Assembly: GCF_006345805.1 (NCBI RefSeq)
Contig: NC_043006.1
Location: 78,554,001-78,618,000 of the forward strand
DNA length: 64,000 nucleotides
Direction: 5' to 3'
Source of the DNA: Octopus sinensis
Lineage: Eukaryota
The notes under the pieces are model-generated. The model saw only the letters and a program-made list of their open reading frames with translations. It was not told the origin of the DNA and ran no database searches. Of this stretch, positions 26,176 through 38,259 are shown piece after piece. The translations under genes and the position numbers were made by a program. How positions within the stretch are numbered: the stretch's first letter is position 1; each line of letters opens with the position of its first letter.

Positions 26176-26361
26176 ATTAAAAGGGTAGAAAATTTAGAAA
26201 AAATTCATACCAGTGGCTAGCATGTGTAATAAATGGCAATATACTTCATATTTTCATATATAAAAAGTGTAGAATATTTCTATACAAATGAGTCTATTGA
26301 CTTTTATTACGCATGTTTGCCACTGGTATGAAATTTTTCTAAATATTCTTCCCTTTTGATT
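26176..26361. repeat. MITE-like hairpin with ~58-bp diverged inverted arms, related to the terminus of the 1278 element
   Basis: 26176-26233 vs 26303-26361; shared AAGGGTAGAAA..CCAGTGG(T)CTAGCAT motif. Confidence 0.7.
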
Positions 26362-26371
26362 TTCACGTATC

Positions 26372-26403
<32 letters not shown>

Positions 26404-26408
26404 ATATA

Positions 26409-26558
26409 CCGGAGTAAACACATAAATGTGAAACAAGGTGGAAAAAAAGAGTACTCAAATACCAGGGGTAGTGAAATATGCTTTATATAAAAGCAGCAGA
26501 AATTCAACAAAACCTGTTACTCTACTCGGAGTTTCACGTTCCCGTTCGTCGACAGTTA
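26409..26558 (-). mobile_element. (TA)n-embedded short element with a decayed hammerhead (26514-26555)
   Basis: Minus strand CTGT-C(-)GACGA-ACG GGAA CGT-GAA-ACT CCG AGT-A-(GAGTA dup)-ACAG. Confidence 0.6.
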
Positions 26559-26695
26559 TATATATATATAATATATATTATATATATATATATATATATA
26601 ATATATATATATATATATTGTATATTATATGTTATATAACAAGACGTCTTATTTCACCTTCTTCCAATCATATTATACCAACACCATATTACGAT

Positions 26696-26977
26696 TTGTT
26701 CCTTCTCGGGCCACGCCTGGCTCATAAGGGCCGGTTTCCCTGTTTCCTTGGCGTATAGGTTCCTCACCTGGACGGGACGCCGGTCCGTCGCAGGTGAGCT
26801 GCAAGTTGCAGTGGGGAAAGAGTGAGAGAAAGTTGTGGCGAAAGTGTCAGCAGAAGTTCGCCATTACCTTCTGCCGGAGACACGTGGGGCTTAGTTGTTT
26901 CACTCATAAACACACACATTGCCCGGTCTGAGATTCGAACCCGCGATCCCTCGACTGCGAGGCCATGTGCCTCCACA
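26696..26977 (-). mobile_element. SINE family C, tail variant 2
   Basis: Head GTGGAGGCACATGGCC; tail GGGAAACCGGCCCTTATGAGCC. Confidence 0.75.
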
Positions 26978-27243
26978 TATATTACATGTACCATCACAAT
27001 TTTATTCCAGTCATGGTCACAACTGTCCGACAGACGGAAATGTCAAAGTCTGGGTAACAATTTTTGAGACGTTTTTGCAATTTTAATAAAGAAAAAATGT
27101 ATATTACTCTACCTTCGTTATTCGAGTATTATCTTTTCCACCCTCTTTTATATTTACGTATCGAGTATATTTGTGTGTGTGTGTGTGTGTATAAATACAT
27201 ATATATATATGTACGTATATATAAATATATTTTATTTATTTAT

Positions 27244-27446
27244 GCGCCCCTTTCAAGCCTACTCAGGCTCATGGGACCAGTTTCCCGGTTTCTGTGGCGT
27301 ATGCGTTCCCCACAGCTGGACGGGACGCCAGTCCATCGCAGCGTTATTCAAGAAACAGGGAGAAAGAGTGAGAGAAAGTTGGGGCGGAAAAGTACAACAG
27401 GGGTCACGAGTCCGCTGCCCTAACCACTGGGCCATTGCGCCTCCAC
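27244..27446 (-). mobile_element. SINE family C, tail variant 2, internally deleted
   Basis: Head and tail present, centre missing. Confidence 0.7.
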
Positions 27447-27522
27447 TAATATATATATAATATATAATATATATATGTATGTATGTATGTTGGTGTATAT
27501 GTGCTACTAATCCACGGAACTA

Positions 27523-27567
<45 letters not shown>

Positions 27568-27595
27568 AGAGAGAGATAGAGAGAGAGATAAGTAG

Positions 27596-27643
<48 letters not shown>

Positions 27644-27648
27644 CAGAC

Positions 27649-27706
<58 letters not shown>

Positions 27707-27990
27707 ATAGATAGATTGATGCAAACATACATACATACATACATACATACATACATACATACATACATACATACGGGAGTGTGCATATGCGTAAATATAT
27801 GTGGTGTATTTATATCTGCGTGTACGTATGTACGTGTGTCCATATGTGCATCTATGTGTGTGCATATGTTCCTCGATGTGGGTGCGCCTGATAGATCCAT
27901 AGATGAAAAGCCATACACATACGTAAGCGCTTATACAGATTGACAGAAAGAAAGACAGACAGACAGATTGATAGACAGATAAAAATATGC

Positions 27991-28035
<45 letters not shown>

Positions 28036-28182
28036 ATATATATATCACCGTGATCACCGTGACCGACCAGGTTATCAGATGTTGCTACACATCGCTGGTC
28101 ACAATGCGTTTCGCATTGTTTTAGCCGTCAAATGACGCCACCCGCTGGCTAAGCGAGCAGGCCATATATATACATATATATA

Positions 28183-28235
<53 letters not shown>

Positions 28236-28253
28236 TATATAATATATCTATAT

Positions 28254-28299
<46 letters not shown>

Positions 28300-28315
28300 T
28301 CATATATATATATAA

Positions 28316-28346
<31 letters not shown>

Positions 28347-28398
28347 AATATATGCGGTTTGTATCTACGTATGGTATTATAACGTATTTTACTTACAG

Positions 28399-28490
28399 TT
28401 CAGTTCTCAAAATTTAATCTGTTGGACGTAATGTGTAATTCACTACAGTACACTGAGCAGAAGGCTTACACTATATTTCCTAAAGGGAGC
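28399..28490 (+). CDS. NT-C2-like gene exon (VQFSKFNLLDVMCNSLQYTEQKAYTIFPKGS)
   Basis: Acceptor TTTTACTTACAG, donor GTAAGT, 92 nt, phase 1-0, in frame with 24989. Confidence 0.65.
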
Positions 28491-28944
28491 GTAAGTATCA
28501 CACGAACTACGATTTTTAAAAAAAATACGTTTTGAAGTTTCGCAGGTTAGACAAGGTACACAGGACCACTGCCGAGATTGTATTTGCTTATTTATATATA
28601 TCTTTTTGTTTTTGCTCTAGTTATTTTCATTAATCTAACATACACGCAGAGCAAAACTAAACACTTGTTAGTTTCAAAAGCTTTATTTTATATGTTATTG
28701 TTTACATGTCAAATAAGAATGTTAGGAGTTGTAGGTATGTATGTATGTATCTAGGTTGGTAGGTAGATAGGTATGTATGTATGTATGTATGTATGTATAT
28801 GCAGGTGTGTATATATATATGTATATGTATATGTATATGTGCATATAGAAATATATATATGAGAGGGTATGTATGTATATATATATGTGCGTGCGTGACT
28901 GTATGTGCATGTGTGTGTGTATGTGCATGTACTTGCATATATGG

Positions 28945-28956
28945 ATAGATAGATAA

Positions 28957-29008
<52 letters not shown>

Positions 29009-29021
29009 ATAGATAGACAGC

Positions 29022-29084
<63 letters not shown>

Positions 29085-29085
29085 G

Positions 29086-29169
<84 letters not shown>

Positions 29170-29290
29170 GATAGATAGATAGTAAGATAGATAGATAGAT
29201 AGATAGATAGTAGATAGATAGATAGATAGATAGATAGAAGATAGATAGATAGATAGACAGATAGATAGATAGATAGACAGATAGACAGAC

Positions 29291-29337
<47 letters not shown>

Positions 29338-29379
29338 GATAGATCGATAGACGATCGATAGATAGATAGACAGATAGAC

Positions 29380-29411
<32 letters not shown>

Positions 29412-29519
29412 CGATAGATAGATATAGATAGACAAAAAGACAGACACCAGACAGACACACAGACAGAACACAGACAGACAGACAGATAGATACAGATAGA
29501 TAGATAGATAGATAGATGA

Positions 29520-29567
<48 letters not shown>

Positions 29568-29584
29568 CTAGATAGATAGGATGA

Positions 29585-29633
<49 letters not shown>

Positions 29634-29662
29634 AGATAGATAGATAGATGAATAGATAGAGC

Positions 29663-29710
<48 letters not shown>

Positions 29711-29745
29711 ATAGATAGATAGATAGATAACCAGACAGACAGACA
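28945..29745. repeat. (GATA)n/(GACA)n microsatellite block
   Basis: Directly visible. Confidence 0.95.
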
Positions 29746-29821
29746 GACAAAGATAGAGAAGTTGAAATATATCAATGTAGTGTGTATGTCGCATGCAACA
29801 TAAGTTCTGTCGCATGTATTG

Positions 29822-29921
29822 NNNNNNNNNNNNNNNNNNNNNNNNNNNNNNNNNNNNNNNNNNNNNNNNNNNNNNNNNNNNNNNNNNNNNNNNNNNNNNN
29901 NNNNNNNNNNNNNNNNNNNNN
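29822..29921. other. Assembly gap (100 N)
   Basis: Run of N. Confidence 1.
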
Positions 29922-30012
29922 TTTTGTTTTCTCCTTGTGTTTTCATGTTGATTAACTATATATATATATATGTAAATATATATATATATATATTATATAT
30001 ATATATATGTAC

Positions 30013-30045
<33 letters not shown>

Positions 30046-30079
30046 GTACATATATATATATAGAATATATATATATATA

Positions 30080-30129
<50 letters not shown>

Positions 30130-30190
30130 TATATATGTTATAAAATAGAATATATGCATATATATAAACATATATGTACGTACCTACCTC

Positions 30191-30221
<31 letters not shown>

Positions 30222-30228
30222 TATATAT

Positions 30229-30260
<32 letters not shown>

Positions 30261-30310
30261 ACATTATATATACATATATATATATATATACATTATATAT
30301 ATATATATAA

Positions 30311-33300
30311 CTTAGAAAGGTTTTGGCCAGTATTGGCCCAGGCCATGTCTAACTTAATAGCACCACCTGGTGAAGTCTTTCAGTTCAGGATTTGGGCACC
30401 AAGGCCCATTCCAGCAGAGAGTTATTGTTTGCGGAGACATATCGGGTGTGGTGTGGTTTGTCCGGTACTGTTTGAAGGAATTTGTCAAAGACTTCTTGAT
30501 TTTGTGTGGTCAGTTTCTTTTTGACGTGCCCTGGTGTAATGTTGAAGAGAGCAGGTCCAATTGAGGTGAAATAGTTGTGCCGTATTGTCGTTATGTGATG
30601 CGATTTAGATTTTTGTTGTGGACGGATGGCACGTGGTCCAAGCCTTGGATGCATTTTGAAGGTGATGCCAACAGCATTCGGACAGTGCTGGTGGAATATT
30701 TTCCACATCATACAGATAATGTAGCGTTCACGGCATCGTTGGAGTGAATACAATTTCAGCTTCTCTAGTCTACCCCAGTAGTCAAGGTCTGACATGCCAT
30801 CTATCTTTTTTGTGATTGACCTTTGGGGAGCTTCAATTCTCATAATATTTTGTTTTGTGTAGGGAGACCACAGGGGACAGCAGTATTCAGGTGGGGTGGT
30901 CGGGCAAAAGTGGAGAAGAGAAGGATAATAGCGTGGGAATCTCTCGACTGGAAGGTTCTGAGAATCCAGGAACACATTCTGCGGGCCATGTCAACTTTGC
31001 TGCTTATATGTGTAGCCCAGCTTATGTTGTTGTCCACTGTTACCCAGGTCTCTGATGTTGTTGGATGCCATGAGAATTTCTCCAGAAGGAAGAGAGTATG
31101 GGAGTTTCAGAGCGTCCTCCCTTCCAAAGTGGATCAGTTCAAATTTGTCTTCATTTAGCAACATGTTATTCTTTTCCGCCCATTGGACAACAGCCAGTAG
31201 GTCTGACTGAAGGTTTATTCGGTCATCCACGCCATTGATGACCTTCTGGAGCTTGGAGTCATCAGCGAAGGTTCTGATGTTACTGTTTGATGGTATCAGT
31301 AATATCATTTATGTAGATGATGAAGAGAAGTGGGCCCAACACAGTGCCTTGTGGAACCACTGCTGACTTTGCTGGGCTGGATTTGACTCCTTCGACTACA
31401 ACATGTTGGGGTTCTGTTAGACAGGAAGCACTTGATCCACTGCAGCAACTTTCCAGTGACACCAATATTGGACAGCTTTCTCAGAAGGATCTTATGATCA
31501 ACCCTGTCAAAGGCCTTGCTGAAATCAAGGTAGATGACATCAGGTTGGAACCTTCTCCCAAGGCTCTCAAAATGTCATCAAAATGATGCAGTAGCTGCGT
31601 CAGGCAATCTCTCCCATTACGGAATCCATGCTGGTTGGGGTTCAGCATATTATGACTCTCAAGGAAGTGAGTCATACGCGATCTCAGCACCCTCTCAAAA
31701 TACCTTGATGATATGAGAGGTGAGTGAGATTGGACGGTAATTCACGGCAAGCGATTTGTTTCCTTTTTTGAAAACTGGGACAACAGACTGGGATAGAAGG
31801 TCCTCTGGTATATATCCAGCATCCAGTGAGTTCCGCCACAGATTGGCTAGAGGGGGTGCAAGTTGGTTTGACACACATCTTCAAGACACAAGCAGGGAAC
31901 CTATCGGGACCTACTGCTGAATTATGCTTCATTTCCTTTTTGCTGCTAAGACATCAGGAGCGCCAAATGTTATGTCCGATAAAGTGTATTGGGGAGTAAA
32001 TCACTGATACAGCCCAGATCAGTCATATCAGGATTGCTGAAAACAGAGCAATATTGTTTCTGCAATATCTCTCCCATGGTTTTGGCATTGTCTGAAGAGT
32101 ACCATTTTCATCATCAGAGGGCCAACAGTAGAACCAGTGACTCTGTGTTTTTTGAAAATGAAAGAACACTTTGGGATTGAGTTTGATCTTCTCAATGGCC
32201 AGGCCTCTTCAGCTCTTCGCTGACTATGATGATAGACATCATATTGTTTTGGAGCTTATGTTTTTTAATCTTAGCGACGAGATGGCAGTCAGGTGGTGTG
32301 TTGCTGTGACAGTATTTCAGCATGTTGATCTTTTTGTTGATTCTTTTAATTTTCCTTATGAGAGATTTCTATTTCTAGGGATTCGACACTTAGATTTGTT
32401 TGCAGATCTTAATGGGGTGTGTCTTGCACATATGTTCATGATGGTGTCTACAAGTGACTGCCAGGACTTTTTAATGTTAGTGGGTGTGTGTATGTGTGCG
32501 TGAAAGACCAATCGACTTGTGCAAGATCATTATTGATCGCTTCCCAGTTTGCATTGTGGAAATCCATAGTGTCAAATGGATGAACAGGAGGGAGGAGGGT
32601 AACATTTGTTTTGCATTTTGGCCAGTGAAATCTCAGATCACAGAGAACCATGTCATGGTCGGAGAGTAGGGTTTTCTCCACTGCAATATTGTGGATAGTA
32701 TCAGTGTGATTGCTGTGAAAATTAAGTCTAAGACGTTTTGTGACATCTCGTTGGTTCGAGTACCAGTTGGGACAAGAAGAAGTCATCCATGAAGTCAAGA
32801 AGCGATTCCACTGCCTCCCTGTCAGGGGTTGAGAGAGAAGAACCTGGCGACAGACTGTTTGTAGACCAGTCAACCCCGGGAAGGTTGAAGTCTCCCATCA
32901 TTAAATGTTGTCAGGTTGACACTGCTGAATGAAACACTTTATGCTGTTGAGGCATTCCTTGAAGCATGGTAGGGGCGTTTGGGGTGGTCTGTAGAGCCCA
33001 ACTACTGTAGTTGTTGGTTTGACTGAATACAGCGACTGCTTCGCAGTATCCATTCGCGAAAATATGTTCATGGCTTCTGTTGAGAATGAATCATGGACAT
33101 AAATGGCAGTCCCACCCTTTCTTCTGCCAGCACGATCAGCACGAATGTTTTGAAATTTTTAACTTTCACCTCGGCTTCCAAGTGGAGGTCACTAAGATGG
33201 GTTTCAGTGAAGACGAAGAAAGGGATGTGGTTTGGATGGGCCTCGACCCAGTCCTCCAGGAATCTTATCTTCCATTTTTGTGTATTGGTGGAAGGGCTGA

Positions 33301-34175
33301 TGCCTTGGGCATTAAGCAGAAATGTGAGGCGAAAGTGGATGGTTTTAATTGTTTTGGTGATTTGTTTATTTGATTGCTTTTAATGGCATGTGCAGTGGGG
33401 TATTTGTGGTGGATGGTGGTGGGTGGTGATAGCTCGGATGTTTTTTTCCAGTTCTTTTGCTAGATTCATTATAGCTAAAAAGAGGAAGAAGAGGTGGTTT
33501 CCTGTCTAGGGAACCGCAGGTGACTGTGGCCGCGGCTATATTTATGTGAGTGGTTATCTTTAAATGTCCGACGAGTCCCCGGGAGATGGGTAAAGGGGCA
33601 ATCCCTGTGCAGACACAATCTGTCTCGCTGGGAATAGCGGCAGATTTGGGGGATTCCTTGTTTGAGATATTGGTGGTTGTGGTGGTGTTGTATTATGGTG
33701 TTGCTGTTGTAGTTTGTGGGGATAGAGCGTTTTGTTCCAGGTAAATGGGTGAATTTGCAGTCTCTATCAGTGCACAGTCTATGGCGAAGAGAATATGATG
33801 GGGTTTCGAGTGGGTGTGTAGGTGCGTGTGTGGTGTGAGTTGTGAAAGGTGTAGATGATGTTTGTTGAAGTTTTGGCGACCTTTTTGGACCGTAGGAGGT
33901 AAATTCCTTGAGATGCATTAGTAGATGTAGTTGTAGTAGTAGTAGTAGGTAGAAGAGATGTTGACAGTGGTAATGATTGAGGAGGTCGATTCCAAACAAA
34001 GATGTTTGTCGATACATAGTTGGAGTAGTACTAGTAGTAGTAAGCAGAGAGATGGTGTTGACAATATGATGACGATTGAGCTGCTGGGGCAGTGAAAGGA
34101 AGGGGTGGGGTGGTGCTTCCTGTTTGTGTGACCCGATACTGGGGGTCAATCGTTTCGTTTAGCAAATCGCCATTG
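30311..34175 (-). mobile_element. Near full-length CR1-group LINE: ORF1 with CCCH-type fingers, APE endonuclease, RT; frameshifted
   Basis: RT motifs NQHGFRNGRDCLTQLL, PQGTVLGPLLFIIYINDI, FADDSKL, LQRCRERY; endonuclease-like LSDHDMV; ORF1 CRYSQRDRLCLHRDCPFTH; (TA)n on both sides. Confidence 0.9.
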
Positions 34176-34226
34176 TATATATATATATATTATAATATAT
34201 AATTTTTATATGTATATATATATACG

Positions 34227-34258
<32 letters not shown>

Positions 34259-34293
34259 TATATATATATTATTTATATATGTATATATATACG

Positions 34294-34326
<33 letters not shown>

Positions 34327-34519
34327 GTATTATATATATCTTTATATATATTTATATATGTATATATATATATTTTATATATGTATATATATATACGTAT
34401 ATATATATATATATATAATATATATATGTATGTATATACGTATATATATAAGATAATATCTAATATATACATCTTATATCATATATATATATATATATTT
34501 ATATATAATCTATATATAC

Positions 34520-34720
34520 AGTTAATCCAAACATGAAAACAGACAGAGAAAAAAAACAACGCGAGGACGTGGAACAAGTATAGTGTTATTGGACGCTCAG
34601 GAAAGGAAAGAAGAAGAATTGAACGTTTCGAGTGGAGCTCTTCGTCAGAAACATAGAAAAGAAAGCTACAAGGAAGGAAACGAGGCAAAAAAAATCGCCA
34701 ACGTACAAAAGCGGTCGAAT
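34520..34720 (-). mobile_element. (TA)n-embedded short element with a hammerhead-like motif at 34618-34652
   Basis: Minus strand GTTT-CTGACGA-A-GAG CTCCA CTC-GAA-ACGT-T-CAAT; stem I mismatched at 1.1. Confidence 0.6.
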
Positions 34721-34771
34721 ATAATATATATAATATAGATATATATATTATATAATGATATATATATATAT

Positions 34772-34837
34772 AAACTTAGATAAACTTAGATATGTTTCGA
34801 CCAGAGATTGCCAGGCCATGTCTAACTTAATAGCACC

Positions 34838-34838
<1 letters not shown>
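34772..34838 (-). mobile_element. 3' end fragment of a LINE related to 30311-34175
   Basis: Shares GGCCATGTCTAACTTAATAGCACCA with 30341-30365; tail (TCTAAGTTTA)2. Confidence 0.75.
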
Positions 34839-34925
<87 letters not shown>

Positions 34926-35039
34926 GGTTTAAAAGACACAATAACCCTGAAGCAACTCAATCATCAGTGAATGACGTTATCCACAATATGTACATATAGC
35001 AAATATTAACTAGAAGTTGTTGGAATAATTTTACTTCAG

Positions 35040-35111
35040 TAAATAATAAACAGAAATGTGGAATAAATGTAGGAAGAATAAATGTTAGTAAAAATAACTG
35101 TCAACTTATCG
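35040..35111 (+). CDS. Probable further exon of the NT-C2-like gene (NNKQKCGINVGRINVSKNNCQLI)
   Basis: Acceptor TTTTACTTCAG, donor G|GTATGT, open only in phase 1-1. Needs a 0-1 bridging exon (candidates 28546-28555 or 28546-28579). Confidence 0.45.
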
Positions 35112-35905
35112 GTATGTATGTATATATATTCTTTTATTCTTTTAATTGTTTCACGCATTTGACTGTGGTCATGCTGGAGCACCGCCTTGAGTCGAGTACA
35201 TCGACCCCAGGATCTATTCTTTGTAAGCCTAGTACTTATTTTATTGGTCTCTTTTGCATCGGTTATCAAGCGATGTTGGGGAGACAAACACAGGCACACA
35301 GACATTTATACATACATATATATATATATATTTAAATCTCTCTCTCTCTCTGTCTCTAATATATATATATATATATATATAATATATAGACGACGGGTTT
35401 CTTTCAGTTTCCGTCTACCAAATCCACTCACAAATCTTTGGTCGGCCCGAGGCTATAATAGAAGACACTTGCCCAACGTGCCACGCAGTGGGACTGAACC
35501 CGGAACCATGCTGCGGCTGGTTAAGCACTTACTTACCACACAGGCAGCCACTTCTTCTGGGGCTTATGTTAATATTATATAATATATTATAGGTATATCT
35601 ATATTAATATATATATATATGTATATGTATATATTATTGTATATATATATTATGTATAGATATATATATATATAATATATATATATATATATGTATAGTA
35701 TATATATATGTATAATATAATATATATATGTATTATATATATATTTATATCATATATATATATATATGTATATTATATATATGTATATATAATATATGTA
35801 TATATATATATATATATATCTATATAGATATGGTATATATATATATGTATAGATATATATATTTTATATATATATTTATATATATATATATAATGTATAT
35901 ATATG

Positions 35906-35936
<31 letters not shown>

Positions 35937-36020
35937 TTATATGTATATAATAATATATATATGTATAATATATATATTTATATATTATATGTATATATAT
36001 ATATATATATGTATTATATA

Positions 36021-36055
<35 letters not shown>

Positions 36056-36645
36056 ATATGATATATAGATATATTATATATATATGTAATATATATATGT
36101 ATGAGTATATATATATAATATATATAGATTATATATATATTGTTATATATATCAATATGTATTATTATATATTATAATTATATATATATTATATCTATAT
36201 ATATTAATATATATATATGGATATTATATATGTATATATATATATGTATATATATATATTATATATATATATTATATAGATATTGTATATACGATTAATA
36301 TATATATATATATCTTAGTATATATATATATGTTATTATATATATGTATTATATATATGTATATATATATATGTATATATATATATGTATATATATTAAT
36401 ATATTATATATATATATTATATATATATATTATATATATATATTATTTATATATCTATATATATATATATATATTAGTACGTGTGTGTGTGTTTGTTGTG
36501 TTTCCTCCCCCCCCCATTTTGTTCCCCCGCCATCTTGACAACAGATGATGGCTGTTTACTACATGTTAATTAGCGGTTCGGCAAAAGGTTTCGATAGAAT
36601 AAGTACTAGGCGTACGAAGAATAAGTTCATTATGATGTGTTGTTT

Positions 36646-36698
36646 TGCCTGATGAATATGTTTGCGATACTTCTCAACATATGAAACTATTAGTCGCA
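36646..36698 (+). ncRNA. Complete canonical type I hammerhead ribozyme
   Basis: TGC-CTGATGA-ATATGTT..AACATAT-GAA-ACT ATT AGT-C-GCA. All core nucleotides present; GUC triplet; predicted cleavage after 36695. Confidence 0.8.
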
Positions 36699-36731
36699 CT
36701 TAAATTCATGTACTGTGTCCCTTAAATAGAT

Positions 36732-36762
<31 letters not shown>

Positions 36763-36775
36763 ATGTGTATGAGTG

Positions 36776-36814
<39 letters not shown>

Positions 36815-37129
36815 ATTATATATAATGTGTGCGTGTGGAGGCGCGTGGCTTAGTGGTTAGGGTGTCAGCATCATGATCGTAAAATTGTGGTTTCGATTCC
36901 TGGACTGGGCGACGCGTTGTGTTCTTGAGCAAAACACTTCATTTCACGTTGTTCCAGTCCACTCAGCTGGCAAAATTGAGTAACGCTGCGATGGAATGGC
37001 GGCCCGTCCAGCTGGGGGAAACACATAAGCCTTTCAAACCGGGAAACCGGGCCCATGAGCCTGGCTAGGCTTTAAAATGGTGCCTTTATTATTTATTATT
37101 TTATATATAAGGGCCCACAGCTTTTTAAT

Positions 37130-37372
37130 ATTCTCCCAAAGAGTCTGAGGAACTTGCACAAAGTAGATGTAGCGGTTTTTAAATCAAAGCTGGACATCTT
37201 CCTGTCAAGAGTCCCAGATGACCTACCCTCACGGCAAGAGGTGCAATGAGAGTAGCTATATCAAACTCCATTCTTCACCAACTGCCACATATTAGACGAG
37301 GTTCTTCGCAATAACAGTGTAGCACAAAACGGCGGTGCATCCGCATGGCCGCAGCTCTGAGCTGAAACTAGA
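37130..37372 (+). mobile_element. 3' end of a CR1-group LINE (ORF2 C-terminus plus 3' UTR)
   Basis: FNILPKSLRNL..FKSKLDIFLSRVPD..SNSILHQ; ends at A/(TA)n. Confidence 0.8.
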
Positions 37373-37397
37373 GGGAAAAAAATATATATATATATTT

Positions 37398-37455
<58 letters not shown>

Positions 37456-38259
37456 GTATACATATAAATATATATGTACAAACATACATGCACGTACGCA
37501 CATACACCTCACATATATGTCTCTATGTGTACTTATATGGGAGTGCATCATGTATAATGTATTTGATAGGAGGTTGAATGTGGGAAACAGTATAACGAAT
37601 ACACAAATCAAGACAATGTGGCTATGCTAGATAAAATGATACTGAATCGTGAGCTATTAATTTCCATTTCGTTGACTTCTCAACTGAAGAGTTCAATGCT
37701 AAAAGAAATAGAATACAATACAAGGACAAAGATAGGAGATTAAACAATGAGAGGTTTAGAAATGAGTTGAGCTAAATCGAGAAGAAAAATGTACAAGAGA
37801 GCGAAGAAAGAGAAAAGAAGAACTTGTGGGTGTTCTTGTCATGTTAATATTCGTTCTGCCTGATTTACGTGTATGTATGTATGTATGTATGTATGTATGT
37901 ATGTATGTATGTATGTATGTATGTATGCCTGCCTGTATATATATGTATGTATGTATGTGTGTATGTGTGTATGTATGTATGTATGTATGTGTGTATGTAT
38001 GTACGTATGTGTGTATGTGTGTGTGTATGTATGTATGTATGTATGTGTGTATGTATGTATGTATGCCTGCCTGTGTATATATGTATGTACGTGCGTACAT
38101 ACATACATACATACATACATACATACATACATACATACATGGTGGTGGTGGTGGCTGCCTCCTCGTTATCGAGTATGGCCACTGCACGAACCTTAATCAA
38201 TGTTGTTATTGTGCAATGTCTGTGCAAGAAGAATTTTTTTTAAAGTGAGGAAAAGCTGT

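Noticed and set aside
28702-29946. 414-aa minus-strand ORF
   Set aside because: It runs through a (GATA)n block and the N gap.
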